A DNA stretch of 64,000 nucleotides from Bigelowiella natans CCMP2755 (Eukaryota; Protista; Cercozoa): the NCBI GenBank assembly GCA_000320545.1, contig ADNK01000313.1:186001-250000 (forward strand), in the 5' to 3' direction. Of this stretch, positions 45,818 through 63,697 are shown piece after piece. The notes beneath the pieces were generated by a model, which worked only from the letters and a program-made list of their open reading frames with translations, was not told the origin of the DNA and ran no database searches. The translations under genes were made by a program, and so were the position numbers. Numbering within the stretch: the first letter of the stretch is position 1; the number at the start of each line of letters is the position of its first letter.

Positions 45818-48800
45818 ATTGTCGGACCTTATTCAGAACCTTCTTCTCTTCATCATCCTCCGTGGGCAGCAGCGCGCGCGCTTCCTCTAAGAACTTAGCA
45901 GCTTCTTCCCGACGTCGCGCTTTCTCCTTTTCTATGATCCTCAATCGCTGCTTTCGGATGAATTCCTTCCGCTGCGTATGAGGGGCGCAATGCACGAAGA
46001 AGAGCACTATTAGGGGTAGCTATTACGCTTTTGGTGCTGTATATAAAACATATCGTTTTTCCATTCATCGTGCCACACCTTAGCAAGGTCCTCCTTGCTC
46101 TCTTTGGCAGCTTTAGCCAGCGCTGCGTCGAAATCTGCGCGCTCCTTCTTGACGATGGAGGCGTTCTTCTCGAAAACCTCGAGCGCCTTCTTCCTGGTCC
46201 TCTGTATCATCGTATTGCAAGATCAAATAAACTCATCTCGCAAAAGCCCCAAGCGATGCAACAATTTTAGGGCGGACACGTTGTGTTATTTGTGAGACAT
46301 TCGAAACATGATGTGGGAAACAAGGGATATCGCTGCTGGGCTATGCTGTCAGCAATTCGGATGTCGCCGTAGAATGAACCACCTTCTTCCCCAAAAAACC
46401 TTTTGGGGTCGGCATTGCTAATGTTGCTACCGTCGCTGGCACAGCAGGTACAGAGAGATATTCCCCCTTTCGTCGCACACCTACGCAAGATCTACTACTA
46501 TCACCTGGTACTTCGGCGCAGCAATGGTGGGAAGTTTCTGCGAGGTTATCTTTGCTAGTTTGCTGCCGCCTTTCCTTTTCGAGTGCACTTTGGCACCGTT
46601 GTTTCTGCTGTCGTCAAGGTCGATATAAACGACGTCCTTGTCGCCTTTTGTTACGGGAATACTGACATTATGCCTCGGTTTTGCGTCTTTCGCGGCAGTA
46701 TTGTTGAGATCGGAGGTAGAAAGGGCCTTGGCAGGGTTCTTCTCCTTCTCAACCGCAGCTCTCGCTTGCACAGAAGCGACCTCTGACTTGGCGTCATTTT
46801 CTTTGGTGGCTGCAGCAGCCTTAGCAGCAGCCTTACTAGTTATGGTGCTTGCCGTCGTCGTCGTCGGTGTTGCAGTCTTTGTCTCCTTAGGTGCTACTAC
46901 AACTGCTGCTGCCGCCGAGCTAGCACGCAGCTTCTCCAGTGCCAGGGATAGGGCGATTGCTTGTTCCAAATCAGCCTTATTGTACGCATCGTCATCGTCA
47001 TCGTCTTCGTCATCGTCATCATCATTATCATCTCACATATCAAAGCTCGTGAATCTCAGCATCATTGCTACTATGACTGTCGGTGGAGCCTTTGCACGAA
47101 CGAAATATGAAGAGAAAACTTCGAATCAATTTCTGGCAAACCAAACCAAACCAAACAAAACAAAGCAAAACCCACCTGTTCCTTTTCCAACCTCGCCTGC
47201 TCCAGAGTAGCCTCCAGTAACGAGGCCTCGATTGCCTGAAGAGAGTTAGTGTTTGTAAGGTTGTGGCGGAGGTGCTGCTAGCCTGTTGCTTATTCTCCAT
47301 TCGTGTGATTGTAGTTGTTGTTTTTGTTGGGCGGTGGGCATGTACAGGCAGTCGCACGCTTTAACAGTGATCCCCGTCAGCAATGAAAGGAGAGGAGGAA
47401 AAGCTGTGGTTAGTACGACACGCTTTACCAATACGAAGATCTACTACACTATAAGTACTGCTCTCCTGTATAGTAGTGACCGTTTGTATGTCCGCGCTCA
47501 GAATGAGCTCCTCCTCATTGGTCATCTGTCCTTGTGGCTGCTGCTGCTGCTGCTGCTGCTGGAGGGTGCTTGCGAGCTGGGCTTTTACCTCTGTATTTCA
47601 ACCATGACCAAGTTACGCTCCCCCACCGGTACTCAATCATTTTTTGTGAAAGTACGCACAGTGATGTATTAGAAAGGGAAGGGGGGGAGACAGATCTTAG
47701 GGAAGAATCCGCACCTGATGTGGTCGCGTCGGTGTTTGCCACACGTTGGATCTCCGTTTGCATGTCTTTCAGTGCGCTTTCGGTGTTGTATACAGCAAGA
47801 ATACACCAACCAATTTAGGAGCAAGAATCGCATTTATACGGTCCATTTATCTTTAAGACTGCGACGACAACGAAAATCTTGGCTTTCATACCTGATTGCT
47901 TGCATTGTGAGCTCTCTGTTTCGTTTGACCATGATGGTCTTGAAGACTGGTTAATATGATGATCATGATGACCAAAGTTAGAAAGGAGGGATTGGAGGAG
48001 GAAAACAGCGGAACCACAGCAAATGTGCAAGCATCGCCAATAGATAATGGTTAGCCAGGAAATAATATTACGTAAATAATCCTCCGCCGCACAAATTTCT
48101 CTTAAAAGCTTCGCGGCCTGTGGCTTGTTGACGTTCTCCGAAATAGCTGTTGCAAATTGCTCGTCCGTCACTCCGATCTCGGACAAATGTGAAGATAGCG
48201 TCGCCTCCACTAGCGCGCAAAATTTCTGCGTTTACACCACAAATCATTGAAGCCCAAAATTTAGGATCTTGAATAGGATGAAGCTAATAGGATTTTCGAC
48301 GTGATGACTTGGGAACGGGAAATTGCAAAAGCAGCACAATGAAAACTTGTCGCAGTGTGATGGAGGAGCCTTGTTTCAGCAATTTATGTGTCAGACAGTC
48401 ATCTGAGAAACATGATTCCGCCGATTCTATATAAACACACGTTGTGCACTTCAGTGAACGCTAATTTATTCTCCTCCTCCTCGTCGAAGACTATGCAGTT
48501 TTCATCAATGAAGTTCTTTATCTTGGACGTCCTGAATTGGTATGCGTGTGAGTGAGTGAGTGAGTGAGTGAGTGAGTGAGTATGGACCAAATCGGGGATT
48601 CGATGAAAGCCAGGACGAAATCAAACCTGATATATAATTGTAATGCAGTGGTTGGAGGGAAAGCATCAATTCTACAGTCAACACTGGGGACACCATCACT
48701 GAGAAATGACATCGAAACCATGGAAACTTAATCATCGATGAGCTAGCAGCCCCAGATAATATCTTATCTGCACGGTGCTCGAAGTTGGCATAGCGCCCCC

Positions 48801-48948
48801 TCCCCATTCCTCCCTCCCACGTTGGAGGGCGATCGTCGTGACTTCGCAGCAGTCGCGCGCATCGAAAGATGTTGAAAAAGTTGGAAGTTTCGGGGCATCA
48901 TTCTCGCTCGTACATCCATTCGCGAGGGTCTTCTTTGGCCGCCGCCAT
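45535..48948 (-). CDS. CFAP36: Cilia- and flagella-associated protein 36-like (BART/ARL2-binding domain, coiled coils, long low-complexity linker); 3' end uncertain
   Basis: MAAAKEDPREWMFDFVLAFIESPIWTSKIKNFIDENCIVFDEEEENKLAFTEVHNKFCALVEATLSSHLSEIGVTDEQF...AAEDYL..FKTIMVKRNRELTMQA; DLEQAIALSLAL; RKEFIRKQRLRII. Confidence 0.85.
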
Positions 48949-49319
48949 GGTCAGATCGGATGGGGCTGACAGCAGTACCAGCAGGATGTGAAATATGCAC
49001 AGATATGTATTCATGTATACTTTTATCTACGACAACATTATTCCTATGTCGCAATGAGAAAATACAGACATTTTTTATAAAATAAAGAGATCGATCATTT
49101 TTTTTCCAAGGAGATAAGTGAAAGCAAGCTCTCCGAGGCGGAGAAGGAGGGAGGAGGAGGAGCAGAGCAGGAGCAAGTCGCAAAAATCGGCACCGCCGCT
49201 GCCTTAACACGTGCGCGCCTGAATTGGTTGCGTTTGCTGCTGTTATTGTTGCTGTTGCTCCTGGTGAAAGATGCCCTTATCTGAATAAAGCCTTTGATTG
49301 CGAGGGGGCGATTTCTTCT

Positions 49320-49357
<38 letters not shown>

Positions 49358-49452
49358 ATCTACAGCGCGCTTTCACACTCGGACGCGCTTTCTTGAGAGT
49401 ATACTTGTACCTGCTTTGGATAGATCGTCACAAATCACAGCGAGTGTGGCAA

Positions 49453-49731
49453 ATGGAGAAGGAAATTAAGCCGGAACAGCTTGTCGGAACTGACACGGAA
49501 CCGCGGCAGACGGGGGGAGGGGGGGACAAGACCAAAAAGACTACTAAATCACCCTTCCTCGTTATTTTCGATTTCGACTGGTCTCTCATAAATGAGGTAG
49601 GTTTCCTCCCAGATCGCCCTTAATCCTCTTGATTAACCTTCAGTCATGATGATTGCTCTTAAAAAATCAGAATAGCGATATATGGATTCTAAGGCAGCTT
49701 ATACCGGAACAGGTGAGAGGAAAAGAGATAG

Positions 49732-49794
<63 letters not shown>

Positions 49795-50841
49795 ACAGCC
49801 GTGTTCGCATTGATCTATATACGTGTTTCGAAGACAAGGCTGATACGACAACATTTTCCCTTAGGAGAACGATCTTCGTAAGATAATGAAGACTGTCCAC
49901 TTTACAGACGCCATGCACGAGGTGCAGTGAGGCTCCATCCCACCTCCTTTCTCTGTACACACATAAGTATATTCATATGTTGGCTCTCCCGCCTAAGTAC
50001 TCTGGGTAACTTTATCTTTCCTCTTGATCGATATTCCTTCTCTGATTTTACTGCTCAGGGCATGCGACGAGTGCACGAGGCCGGAATTTCAAAAGAGCGG
50101 CTCATCGAGACACTTAGGAAAATCCCCTTCTTTGCCTCCATGCGCGAGGTGGTGCCTCCCTCTCACAGTAACACTCGCACGTGCAATCTGTGGCCATATC
50201 CTGTCCGTTGAGCAGAGCCAGAGCATTTGTATGGCTCGATTTTCTCGGTGAAGAGAGAAATGAGGCATTTTGCTGGCGGCTCGTAGCTGTGAACAGATAT
50301 GAAGAAATCATGACTAAGATGTGCATCTCTTTTGTGTCATCCGTCGTCGTCGTCGTCGTCGTCGTCGTGTGTCATCATCTTCATTTCATCAATACCATCT
50401 TCAGAAATTGCCGTCATGTACAGGCTGTGTTCGCAATGAAGGAAAAGGGTCACCGAATCTACATTCTCAGCGACGCCAACACGGAGTTCATCGACGCCAT
50501 CCTCTCCGGCTACCCTGGTTCGTCACTTGATCCACAAAGAAAGAGAGCACGAGAGATTCTTTGACCAAAAGGAAATAATAATAACAATAATAATAATAAT
50601 AATAATGTCTCTTTGGAGGAAGCTGAGCTAGACATCTCGCACCTCGCTCCTCCTCCGACCTTACAACGTTGTGATGAGACGCCGTAGATATATGGCTGTG
50701 GTATATCTCCTCCGGTTCTTCTTTTCCTCTCCCCTTCTTGTCTTCTTCCTCTGGGTGCCTCTTCCCCTTGGTGCCTCTTCCCTTTTAAACTTATGAAGTA
50801 TTCTCTCATTAGTATATGCTGCTTCCTCTCCCCTTCTCTCT

Positions 50842-50880
<39 letters not shown>

Positions 50881-52475
50881 CTCCCCGCCCCTTCTTCCAG
50901 GGCTGAAAGACTGCTTTGTCAAAGTGTATTCTAATATCGGCCACTTTGACGACAATGGGCGCTTGCACATCAAGTGAGAAGGGGAAGGGGGAAGGGGGGG
51001 GGGGGGAGAGGAGGTGGATGGAAAGGAGAAGGACGTGAAGCCCAACGAAGATTAAGAAAACTAAGAAATCTTTAATAAGACAGAAAGAATCGATGTTGAA
51101 AAGTGCTTCAGAGATCTCCGCGTTCCTCCCAATTTCCCTTATATTTTTTTCTCTTTTTCCTGTTTTGCTTCTTTCCTCTCCATCCTACCTCCAGCCTTGA
51201 AACTTTGTCGTCAGCTCTTCATCTACCATTCTTTAACAGTTGATCACTTTGCTGTTTAATGATGCCAGATACTACCATCAAAGCAGTCACGGATGTAGCT
51301 CTCCGTGCCCTAAAAATCTCTGCAAAGGCGTCGTCTTAGACGAGATCCTCGAAAAGGAAGGCATGGTCGTTATACGAAGTGATGAGTGATGGATGAGCAT
51401 GAGTGCATTATTTTAAGTGTGGTGATGACAACGGACGACGAAGACGAAGACGACGACGATAATCATGCTGATGACGATGATGATGCTGCTGGTGACGGTG
51501 ATAATGTGGTTGAAGAATGATCATCGCGCACAATCGAAATGCGCAAAGCTAAAAACCCTACCTCTTCCCACATCCCAAATACCACGCAAAGCGGCGGCGA
51601 TCAGGGGCTAGGAGAGAGGAGAAAAGCTATGGAGGAGGAGGAGAAAGGAGGGTGGTGTATATTGGCGACGGAGGTCAATGCGGTGCAAGTTATTAATCTT
51701 CGCTTCGAATTCCCCCACCCCCCCACCTTTCCCTTTTCTCCTCTCTTGACTTGTGAATTTTGGCTGGCCGCAGGGAATGACGTGTGCCCTGCAATGCGCT
51801 TGGATTCTATTGATTACGTCTTCGCTCGATCAGGGTGTGGGTGGATATCAGTCTCATAATGCTACTCTTTTTCTTCTTCTTCTACGACCACGATGACTAC
51901 CACCACCACCACCACCACTACTGCTAATACTAGTACTGTTATTGCTACTTCTGCTGCACTTGGACCTATCCGATCAATGCGCAATCTCAATCTCTTTGCC
52001 GTACCCATGATCATCCTGTCAGGTTTCGATTATCAAAAGCTCTTACTAAATCCAAACCTGGTACTAAATAGAGGAGGATAGCAAGCAAAGCAGCGCAAAT
52101 AGTCGCTAGCAGTCCTAGTAGAATTGCGAGTAAAATTTCTGGTTTGCCGTGTAAATAACTTTCCATTTGGTTGCTCCCCATTCAACTCATTCCCTCCGCC
52201 CCCCCTTGCCCCCTCTTTATCCCCCCTCCCTCCCTCCTCTCTCCTTTCCCACCGTCTACTTCACCAATGCAGCAGCGAAAGTGTTGATGTGGTCGAACGG
52301 GGATGAGGCTAAAGCTCACTTCGATTCTGTCGTCTTTGGGGGCACCGGATGTCCATACATCGAAGCCGCAGCAGCAGCAGCAGCAAGGTTCAAGAAAAGA
52401 GGAACAGCAACGAATGTCCTCAGAATGCACTCGTGCTTCTTCCATGTCAGTAACGATACGTACAATAATCAATAG
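49453..52475 (+). CDS. HAD-superfamily phosphatase, PHOSPHO1/2 (pyridoxal-phosphate/phosphoethanolamine phosphatase-like)
   Basis: Motif I FDFDWSLINENSD; motif II ILSDANTEFIDAIL; HGCSSPCPKNLCKG; motif IV VVYIGDGGNDVCPA. It may splice on to 53841 (see findings). Confidence 0.92.
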
Positions 52476-52721
52476 TAGTGGCAAAGACATTCATCTCATC
52501 ATCGTTACCTAGCGTCCTCCTCCCCCCCCCCCCCCGCGCCTAAAAGTACGCACACACACACACTCACACGTGGACGCATAAACGCATGGGCGCATTCGCT
52601 TCTCCCAGCTGATGCCGCAGCAGCCCTATCTCTGATGATGAGGGGCTCTTCTATCAGGACGACTACTCCTTCACACTTTGGACAAACTATCATCCTCTTC
52701 TATCACCCCCTCCCCTCTCAG

Positions 52722-53841
52722 CGTCAGAACGCTGCAAGCGCGCGTGAAAGACTACTCGTTCCTCGTGTGCGGAATCCATCCCAGCCTGCTTAAGTTCATA
52801 CGCGGCACTCTCTCCTCCTCCTCCTCCTCCTCCTCCCCCTCGATGCAGAGCACGAAAGGAGGCGAAGACGGCAGCGGCAGAGAAGGGTAGTACAAGACCG
52901 ATTTGCTAGATAGTAACCCAACTGAGCTGGAAGTAGTAGCCCTGTATGCGAGGCAGAGCGCAATCATCAGCATCTGTTACTCGCCACGGGCTACTTCGGG
53001 TCACCACGCGATGTGTGGGTGAGTGTGTGTGTGTGTGTGTGCGCGCGCAATGTGCAGTGTGCACAGGGGATTTTTTTTTTGGTTTCCAAAAAAAGGAAGT
53101 TGCGCTTGTTGTTATGTGAAGAGACGGCGGTTTGAAGACCTGCACGCCCTCACAGGAAGCGCGAGGAGCAGGGCATGGCGAGTATATTGCACGGAGTGAA
53201 GGCGGCCCTCAAGGCTGCCAACGTGATGACGGATGACGGCGAGAGGAGGAGGAGGAGGAGGACTAGGAAGGGGAGGAGGAAGAAGATGAAGGGGGAGAAC
53301 GACGGGCTGGGCGATAGCCATGATGACAGCGGCGACGATAGCGGCGGCGGCGGTGGTGGTCATAGCCCTTCGGGTGAAGTAACTGTTGGGATTACCCTTG
53401 GAACTATCCACGCAGACCGGATCGTGCTTGCCAAAGGAGATGAGGTACTGCGACGATCGTAAGTATGTAGAGTAGCGGGTAGTAGCAGCAGTGCTGCTGC
53501 CATTTTTTGCTTCTTTTGATAGGTGTAGTTGGTGTGGTGGGAGAAATTTCAAAACGTCCTTTCACCAGAAGAAGCAGTAGATGATGGTGGTGGTGATGAT
53601 GCGTCTCACTGTCTTCTATTATTCGGGTAGATTTTCCTTTTTCAAAGTCTGCATATCAATAGCCCATCGTCGACCTATGGATGGTTTGTCATTACTTTGT
53701 CATCAGGACGTGATTGTGTGCTTCATACTGGATCCCCTGGATATAGACAGCAAGCAGATAACATTTATGAATCGGAAGACTATGAAACTAGGAGCGCAAA
53801 AAGCGAACGTAGTTCTTTACAAGTGGGTCCTGAAGGAATAG
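52722..53841 (+). CDS. Additional exons of unknown function, probably a C-terminal extension of the phosphatase
   Basis: Phase-matched GT-AG joins at 52460/52721, 52887/53155 and ~53446/53707 give NDT|VRTLQARVKDYSFLVCG..GREG|KREEQGMASIL..AKGDE|DVIVCFILDP..YKWVLKE*. Confidence 0.45.
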
Positions 53842-54826
53842 GGGCGGCGGCTGTATCTCATCGCCTGCTTCACACGCACCAACAGAACTAGAAATATTCA
53901 TGCTGTGGTGATAATATGGTGACGCAGCGGAAAGTTACATCTGCTGGACGTATAAACTATCGATGGTGTAGTCGTGGCATATCTCGATGCATATGGATGG
54001 ATCGATCGTATCGAAGACCTGTGCGACCTCCAGAGCGTTGTGACCTCAAGCGATACATGTATGTACAGTGGAAGCCGACGGAGCATGCATTGTGCGTAGC
54101 TAGAGCATGCACAGCGCCCAGCTAACCAGTCTAGCTAGCTAGACTAGTAAAACTGCGGCGACGACGGATGCAATAAATCTATTAAATTTGTTCAATGGGC
54201 AGCATGCTAGCATGTATGCATCACACTACTACATATTTCGTTGTTCGCCCGTTACGTTGTAACAGCATTGCACAGCTGCATTTGCTAGTAGTTAGGATGA
54301 CTGTTGAAGTCCATTTGATCTACACACAGCAATCACAACACATGCTAGCATGCTAGCATGTCAGCACATCCGTCTCATTATCACAATCTAGCAATGCTAG
54401 AATGTGTGCCTTTGCCATCGATCACAAATGATGTGATGCTGATGGAACAAAATAATGATCAATGGATATGCGATGCATTTTGGAGATCATCACACATAGC
54501 AAATCTAGAAATGCTAATGATGAGTCTAGCAATAAGTACGAACTCCCTACTTCAACGATGCGAATATTGCTATCATTTTTATTTGCGTGCGCATTAGATT
54601 GCGTGTTAAAATATGCAGCAGGCTGCTGCATGCGTGTCTAGACTCATGCCTACATAGCATTAGCATCATGTGTATACTAAATTACAGGAAGCAAACGGTG
54701 GAACTAATAATTACACTGTATTGTTGCCAAGACGACATGCGAAACAGGTATGCAAAAAAATGCATATCTAAGCGACTATCATCAAAACACAATGCTGCGA
54801 TACTACAATTGCCATGAGCGCGTGAA

Positions 54827-55966
54827 TTAAGCATCAACCGGCGCAGCTTGTCCAAAAATACCGAGAAGGATTGCACCCACTAGAACAACAGCAGCCCCAG
54901 TGAAGAATGTGCCAATAGCCTTCATACCACGAATTTCATTGAAAACAGTGATTCCCCAGATGCCAGCGACTAAGAGGCAGCACTGCGTCAAAGGATATCC
55001 AACAGAAAGTCCGAGAGGTGGCAGGCAAGCGAAAATGTTTCCGATGTTTCCAGCATTCCAGAGAGCCCCCGAAATGATACCAGGAAGAGCACAGGTTTCA
55101 ATATGGAGCTTGGGCATGTCAGAGAACATTGCACGGGCAGCAAGGACCACCATGTTGATGATCATCAGGGAGAGCCCGAAACCGACCGCATAAATAGCTA
55201 AGATTTAATAATAATAATGATAGTAATAATAATAATCAGACTCAGGCCACAGACACAGACTCAACAAATGTGACTTGGTCAGTAATAAAATCTTCTTCAG
55301 ATCTTACCAGAGTTGATGCCGTCTTGGAATGGGTATACCGGAGCAAGACGGAAAGGAACCATGCAAGAACCACACAGAAGACCGATCATGACACATCCGA
55401 ACAGACCTGAGGAGTAAACGATGTTCCAAAAGTTGTGAGGCGTCGCCGAATAGATTTGTTTGCGATTCGTAATTGATTGGTTTATGCACATTTATTCCAG
55501 TCACCTTTGATCGGCTGCACTTCCTTCGCCTTAGGGTGGTCCATCTGCGAGTATTCCCCACCTTCGGCGTCTGCAGCTCTATTCTTCAGAGGACGGGTCT
55601 CACCATCATCATCAGGAGGGGACACCTCCACGAAAGAAAGCATACCGATACCACAGAGCTGCAATAATGAAAGAAACAAAGCGTCGAAAATCATACACTC
55701 GATGCGCATGGACATCAACACTATCTACCCCAACCATTCACTGACCAGAATTCCGCCCCCGAGAAGGGTCAGAAGAAGATCACTGGGAGTCTCTTGGAAG
55801 TAGAAGAATCCGCATAAGAACGATTGAAGAGCAACGCATCCAGCCCAGATGGCCTACAATTGACACCCCACATGGGTTAAAGATTCGTGAATGAAATGTA
55901 TGTGCGGTTGAATACATGTATATTTATATGTGGTTATGTGTGTGATCTTATTTAGAGTCAGATTTC

Positions 55967-56003
<37 letters not shown>

Positions 56004-56471
56004 GTCCCTTAGCAATGCCGATCCACTCCACGGTCTAAGAAGATTAGGACGGAATTCAGTATGTATGTCGTTACATGATGATCATCTGATATGATGAGTA
56101 CCAGGACACAAAAAAGGCATCCTGGTGCGAATAGAGCTGCTCCAGCAGTAGACCACCTAAAGTAAAACATTCACAAAATCCGTTATCTCTGCATCTCGAA
56201 GGTCTCTCAGAAATCAACCCCCCCTCAGTAACCCCTCCCTCCCTTCTTTCTAACACGGGTGATACCAGGTGAAATTCCACGGCAAGAACAGGAGGATGGG
56301 TAGAGAGGATAGAAAGACTCCGATCCCCATATACATGTTGAAAACCATCGAGTCCAGGTTAGCAGCAGCTACGTCTTTCGCCTTCATGGGCAGGGTAAAG
56401 GATCCCCACCCCAATAGGGCCACCGCCACGCCTGCGAGCCCGAGATACAGATTGTCGCCTTCAGCACTCAT
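54827..56471 (-). CDS. TMEM144: TMEM144-like (DMT superfamily, sugar-transporter-like) multi-pass membrane protein
   Basis: VAVALLGWGSFTLPMK..LDSMVFNMYMGIG; IGIAKGQAIWAG; LPGIISGALWNAGNIGNIFA..LGLSVGYPLTQCCLLVAGIWGITVFNEIRG. Confidence 0.85.
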
Positions 56472-56622
56472 ATTCTTATCTGGTAATCCGCACACACAAA
56501 AACGCACACAACAGGTCCATCACTCCAAAGTTCGCAACGGGCGGGAACGAAAAATGCTGGTAAAACGATCTTATTCCAGGGGAGAGGAGAATCCGGGAGG
56601 GGGGGGGGGGGGGAGGCACACC

Positions 56623-56660
<38 letters not shown>

Positions 56661-57488
56661 TCACAGTAGTGTGGTAGTGTATGTAGGCGTTGATGCACCT
56701 GGTGGAAGTTTACCGTTCATCTCGGCTGGAACGCCCTGTTTCCTTACGCGCGACAATGATAACGCTGCGTGTTTGCGAGTGACTGGGCGTGCCCCAAGAG
56801 TCATCCGAAAGAATCGAAAAGTGCCGTTTGTTTCGGCCAGAACCCGATACCGGCTCGAAAATCTGCGAATCGCCTCGGCCATTCCCAGCCGCAGGACAAG
56901 AGGCGCTTCGATTTTTCCCCGGCGGAAGGTATTCCCGGTGAATACCGCTCGCTGGCGTCCGGTTCCTGGGCACCTGCGAATTTTTAAAAATCAATCGAAA
57001 GAATGCGATAAATTCTTCGGGCAAGCTGCACCCCAACAGCCGACAACATGGCCCCAATAATGAACACTCCTGGTGCAACTTCTCGTGCATTTCGCTTGTC
57101 GCGGACGGAACATCTTCTCTTTGTTCAGCCACAACAGCATGAGGCGATTCAGACACAAGTTTTCCAGCATATTGCGCGGGAATTAGGGTAAATATGGCGT
57201 GTTTTTATTTTTTTCACTCACAATTCTTGTCATTCATGAAGAAACTCGGGAACGAACCCTGGAGTTTTGTCTGAAGATGTGTCCAACTTCTACGTTCATA
57301 CCACTTGAAAAACGTCCTCTATTCGTGTACGTTAGGTCACGGAAGGCTCATTACGGACTGTTGCCTTTTGCCTCATCCTTCCCAAGTTCGGCTATTCAAC
57401 AGATCTTTCGAGTATCAGCTGGTCTGAAAGGTGGTGGTAGAGGCACACAAAGGCAGGCTGTCCTAGTGTCTGCATTTCGTGTGAAGAA

Positions 57489-61028
<3,540 letters not shown>

Positions 61029-61970
61029 GACTACTACAAAGACTGCAGTGGAAAGGAGGTTATGAGGGGGAACCAGCGGGCAGGGATAATCGGAGCCGGC
61101 GGCCGCGGCGATCTATTGCGTATCTATTGCGTATCTATTGCGTATCTGTGGCACATGCTACTAACTGACATCTCTCAGCAGTCTGCTTAAAGTGTATTAC
61201 TTATATACATATATTTATACGTATATTTTTTATTGTAATATGTGTGTGCAGTGTATATCTGTTAGCATGTATGAAACCTATCTGTCTACATACATTCACC
61301 AGATGAATTAGAAACTATCGAACAATTTAAATGTTGCAGTTATTATACATGATCGATCTACTTACCAAGTAATCGAAGTCAAAGTTTGTGGGAAATGCTT
61401 CAAGAGTGTACCCAAGAGGCCGTGTGCTAGTGTGCTCGCCATAATGGTGCGCGCTATGATCTCCGCAATGTATTTCCGCCACATAAATACTACTAGTAAA
61501 AGCTGCCTATCTAGCCGTATCGCCTATGAAGGGGGCGTAAGAGCGCTACGCATAGACACGCATGTGGCTAAACTTGGATGTTGCAAATATCGTTAGCAAT
61601 TGCAATGCAGTGTAAAGTTTTAGCAGGTCGAAGCGCAGCACACGATATCATAACTAGAGAATAATGAGTTCATGAAATCAATGCTATACATCATCCTCAG
61701 GCTAGTCCATGCGTGGCCATGCCCAAGTCTGTCGACTTTTTGTGCAACACGTGTCACGCATGTGCTACATCGAGCGACTTGTTAATTAGCGTCCGTGTGA
61801 TCGATACGAATCGAAGATAATTGAAAATGTAATTATTACGAAGAACCCCACGGTGAAAGACACGTATTCATTCAATACACTTAAACTGGGGCTGATGTTT
61901 CAGTTGAGTTGCAAACAAGCTGTCTTCAGAGAACACGCGTAGAGAAAGAAACAAAGTGTTATTGTACGCA

Positions 61971-63250
61971 CTAATCTCTCATATCATAGTCGACATCAGA
62001 TGACGAAGTTCTTTCTGGATGTCTTCCAGAGCCCTCTCTACGACCTTTTGCTTGCTCCAAAGAGCTTCTCCGGTACTGCTTTGAGTCATCGATGATTGCT
62101 CGAGCCACCGTCCTCTGATACCTAATTTTGATTGTGATGAAGGATTGTTCGTTGATGGCATTCAATATAGAGGGACGAACACATTTCTTGGAAAAAGAAC
62201 GAGAAACGTAAGACATTACTGTGTAAAATCTGGTGGAAGATCTCGTCCCTTTATCGTCTCCTTTAAAGCTAGTTGCTCTTTTGCATCCTGTTCGATGTGG
62301 AACAGTTACGAAGGCAATGGGAGAAAAAATTGTCAGCCTTACCTCCTTTCTGCGGTGATTTATGTATGCAACGGAGGAGGGTATCGAATTCCTGGCAATA
62401 AAAAAGGGATAAGTTCTCGACAGCACCAATTCGAACATAATAAACTAGCCTACCTAGCCGCTGTTGACGAAAACGCGAAGCCACCCAGCGCCATCCCACC
62501 TACGGAAAAAGGCATTACTCTGGGTAATAACGCAAGATATACGCTTATTCTCTCTGTAATTGGTGCAATATTGTTGTGGTGTCGTTTTCCCTACCTAGTG
62601 TGAGGTTGGTTAGCAGTTGTGTGCTTCGCCTGCCACGCCTCCCAAGGTATCTGTTGTACCTGCACAAACACCGGTTGGGGGTTCCCTATTTTTGAGAAAG
62701 AGTAGCTTTCGATTGACTACTAATTTGGAACAAACGATACCCAAATGCTGCAGATCCACCCAGTAGTGATCCTGCCGCCATTCCGATCATCCCATCGATC
62801 CAGATTCGCTGGAAGGTATGAAACATGGCTCAGCCGTGTGCATTGTGTTGGGGCAATACATTTAGTTCTTTCCAACCCTTCGTGCTTTGAGCAACACCTG
62901 CCTCTCGTCATCAGAAAGTTTAGCTGATGATAGTTATTATAAAATTGTCAGGATTTCTAATGTCATCATCGTTCTAGGACGAGGAGAACAGACCGCCGCC
63001 CCCTCCAACATTCGGGCTTCCACTGTTGCTTCTGTGTTGACCGAATGCACCATCGTCAGGACGCATCAGGTTCGCAAAGATGTCAATCTACTTATCACAT
63101 TCGATTCATCGTGAGGATGTGGGTGAGGGGCCTGCAATGTTCAGCCGGTCAGGACGCTTCCCACTCTCTTCCCCAGAAGCTCGTTGTATGGACGTCGACG
63201 TGGGTTGTCGCTGGGCTTGCCTGCTCTTCCGTTTGTCATGACGCCAGCTG
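61971..63250 (-). CDS. Hypothetical small membrane protein (multi-exon, model incomplete)
   Basis: Exons such as KGWKELN|RIWIDGMIGMAAGSLLGGSAAFG|YNRYLGRRGRRSTQLL and ..LPPDFTQ|YQRTVARAII..DYDMRD* are phase-consistent; no start was found. Confidence 0.4.
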
Positions 63251-63697
63251 TGTATGAGTTGTCGCAAGTCGAATTTCACTTATGTTCTTTCATAGTCTTT
63301 ATACTCTATCCTAAAACATAGAATCAAAGGGGGGAATATAGCTCTGCGACATCGGAAAGGAAAGGAAATAAAAATTTCCGCAGATGTTTGCGGTAATACG
63401 AGGGCGACATGCCATTCTGTCGTTCTTTTTAAGTTTTAGGGGTAGTGTAGTGCATTTTTCCCCCCCCACGTTCCGACGACGGAACCGCGCCTGGGCGCCT
63501 AATGTGGTACGAGGGGCCGGGGGACTCTCCCCCTCCAAGGGCAAATGCGGATGAATCCTACTATCGGGTTAGTCAACCTTGACCGATTCTTGATACAGCT
63601 GCGACTCGGCCTCTGCATCGTCCTTTTCCCGCTAGTCGTATCTGCACCGGTGGTGACCCGATTGAATATTCTAATCGCTACATTAGGGTTCTTTGGA

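Noticed and set aside
46638-47210. 190-aa hydrophobic plus-strand ORF
   Set aside because: Antisense shadow of the A/T/K-rich CFAP36 exon.
56269-57060. 263-aa plus-strand ORF
   Set aside because: It is antisense to TMEM144 exon 1, runs through a G-run and (CA)n into the promoter, and has no recognisable domain.
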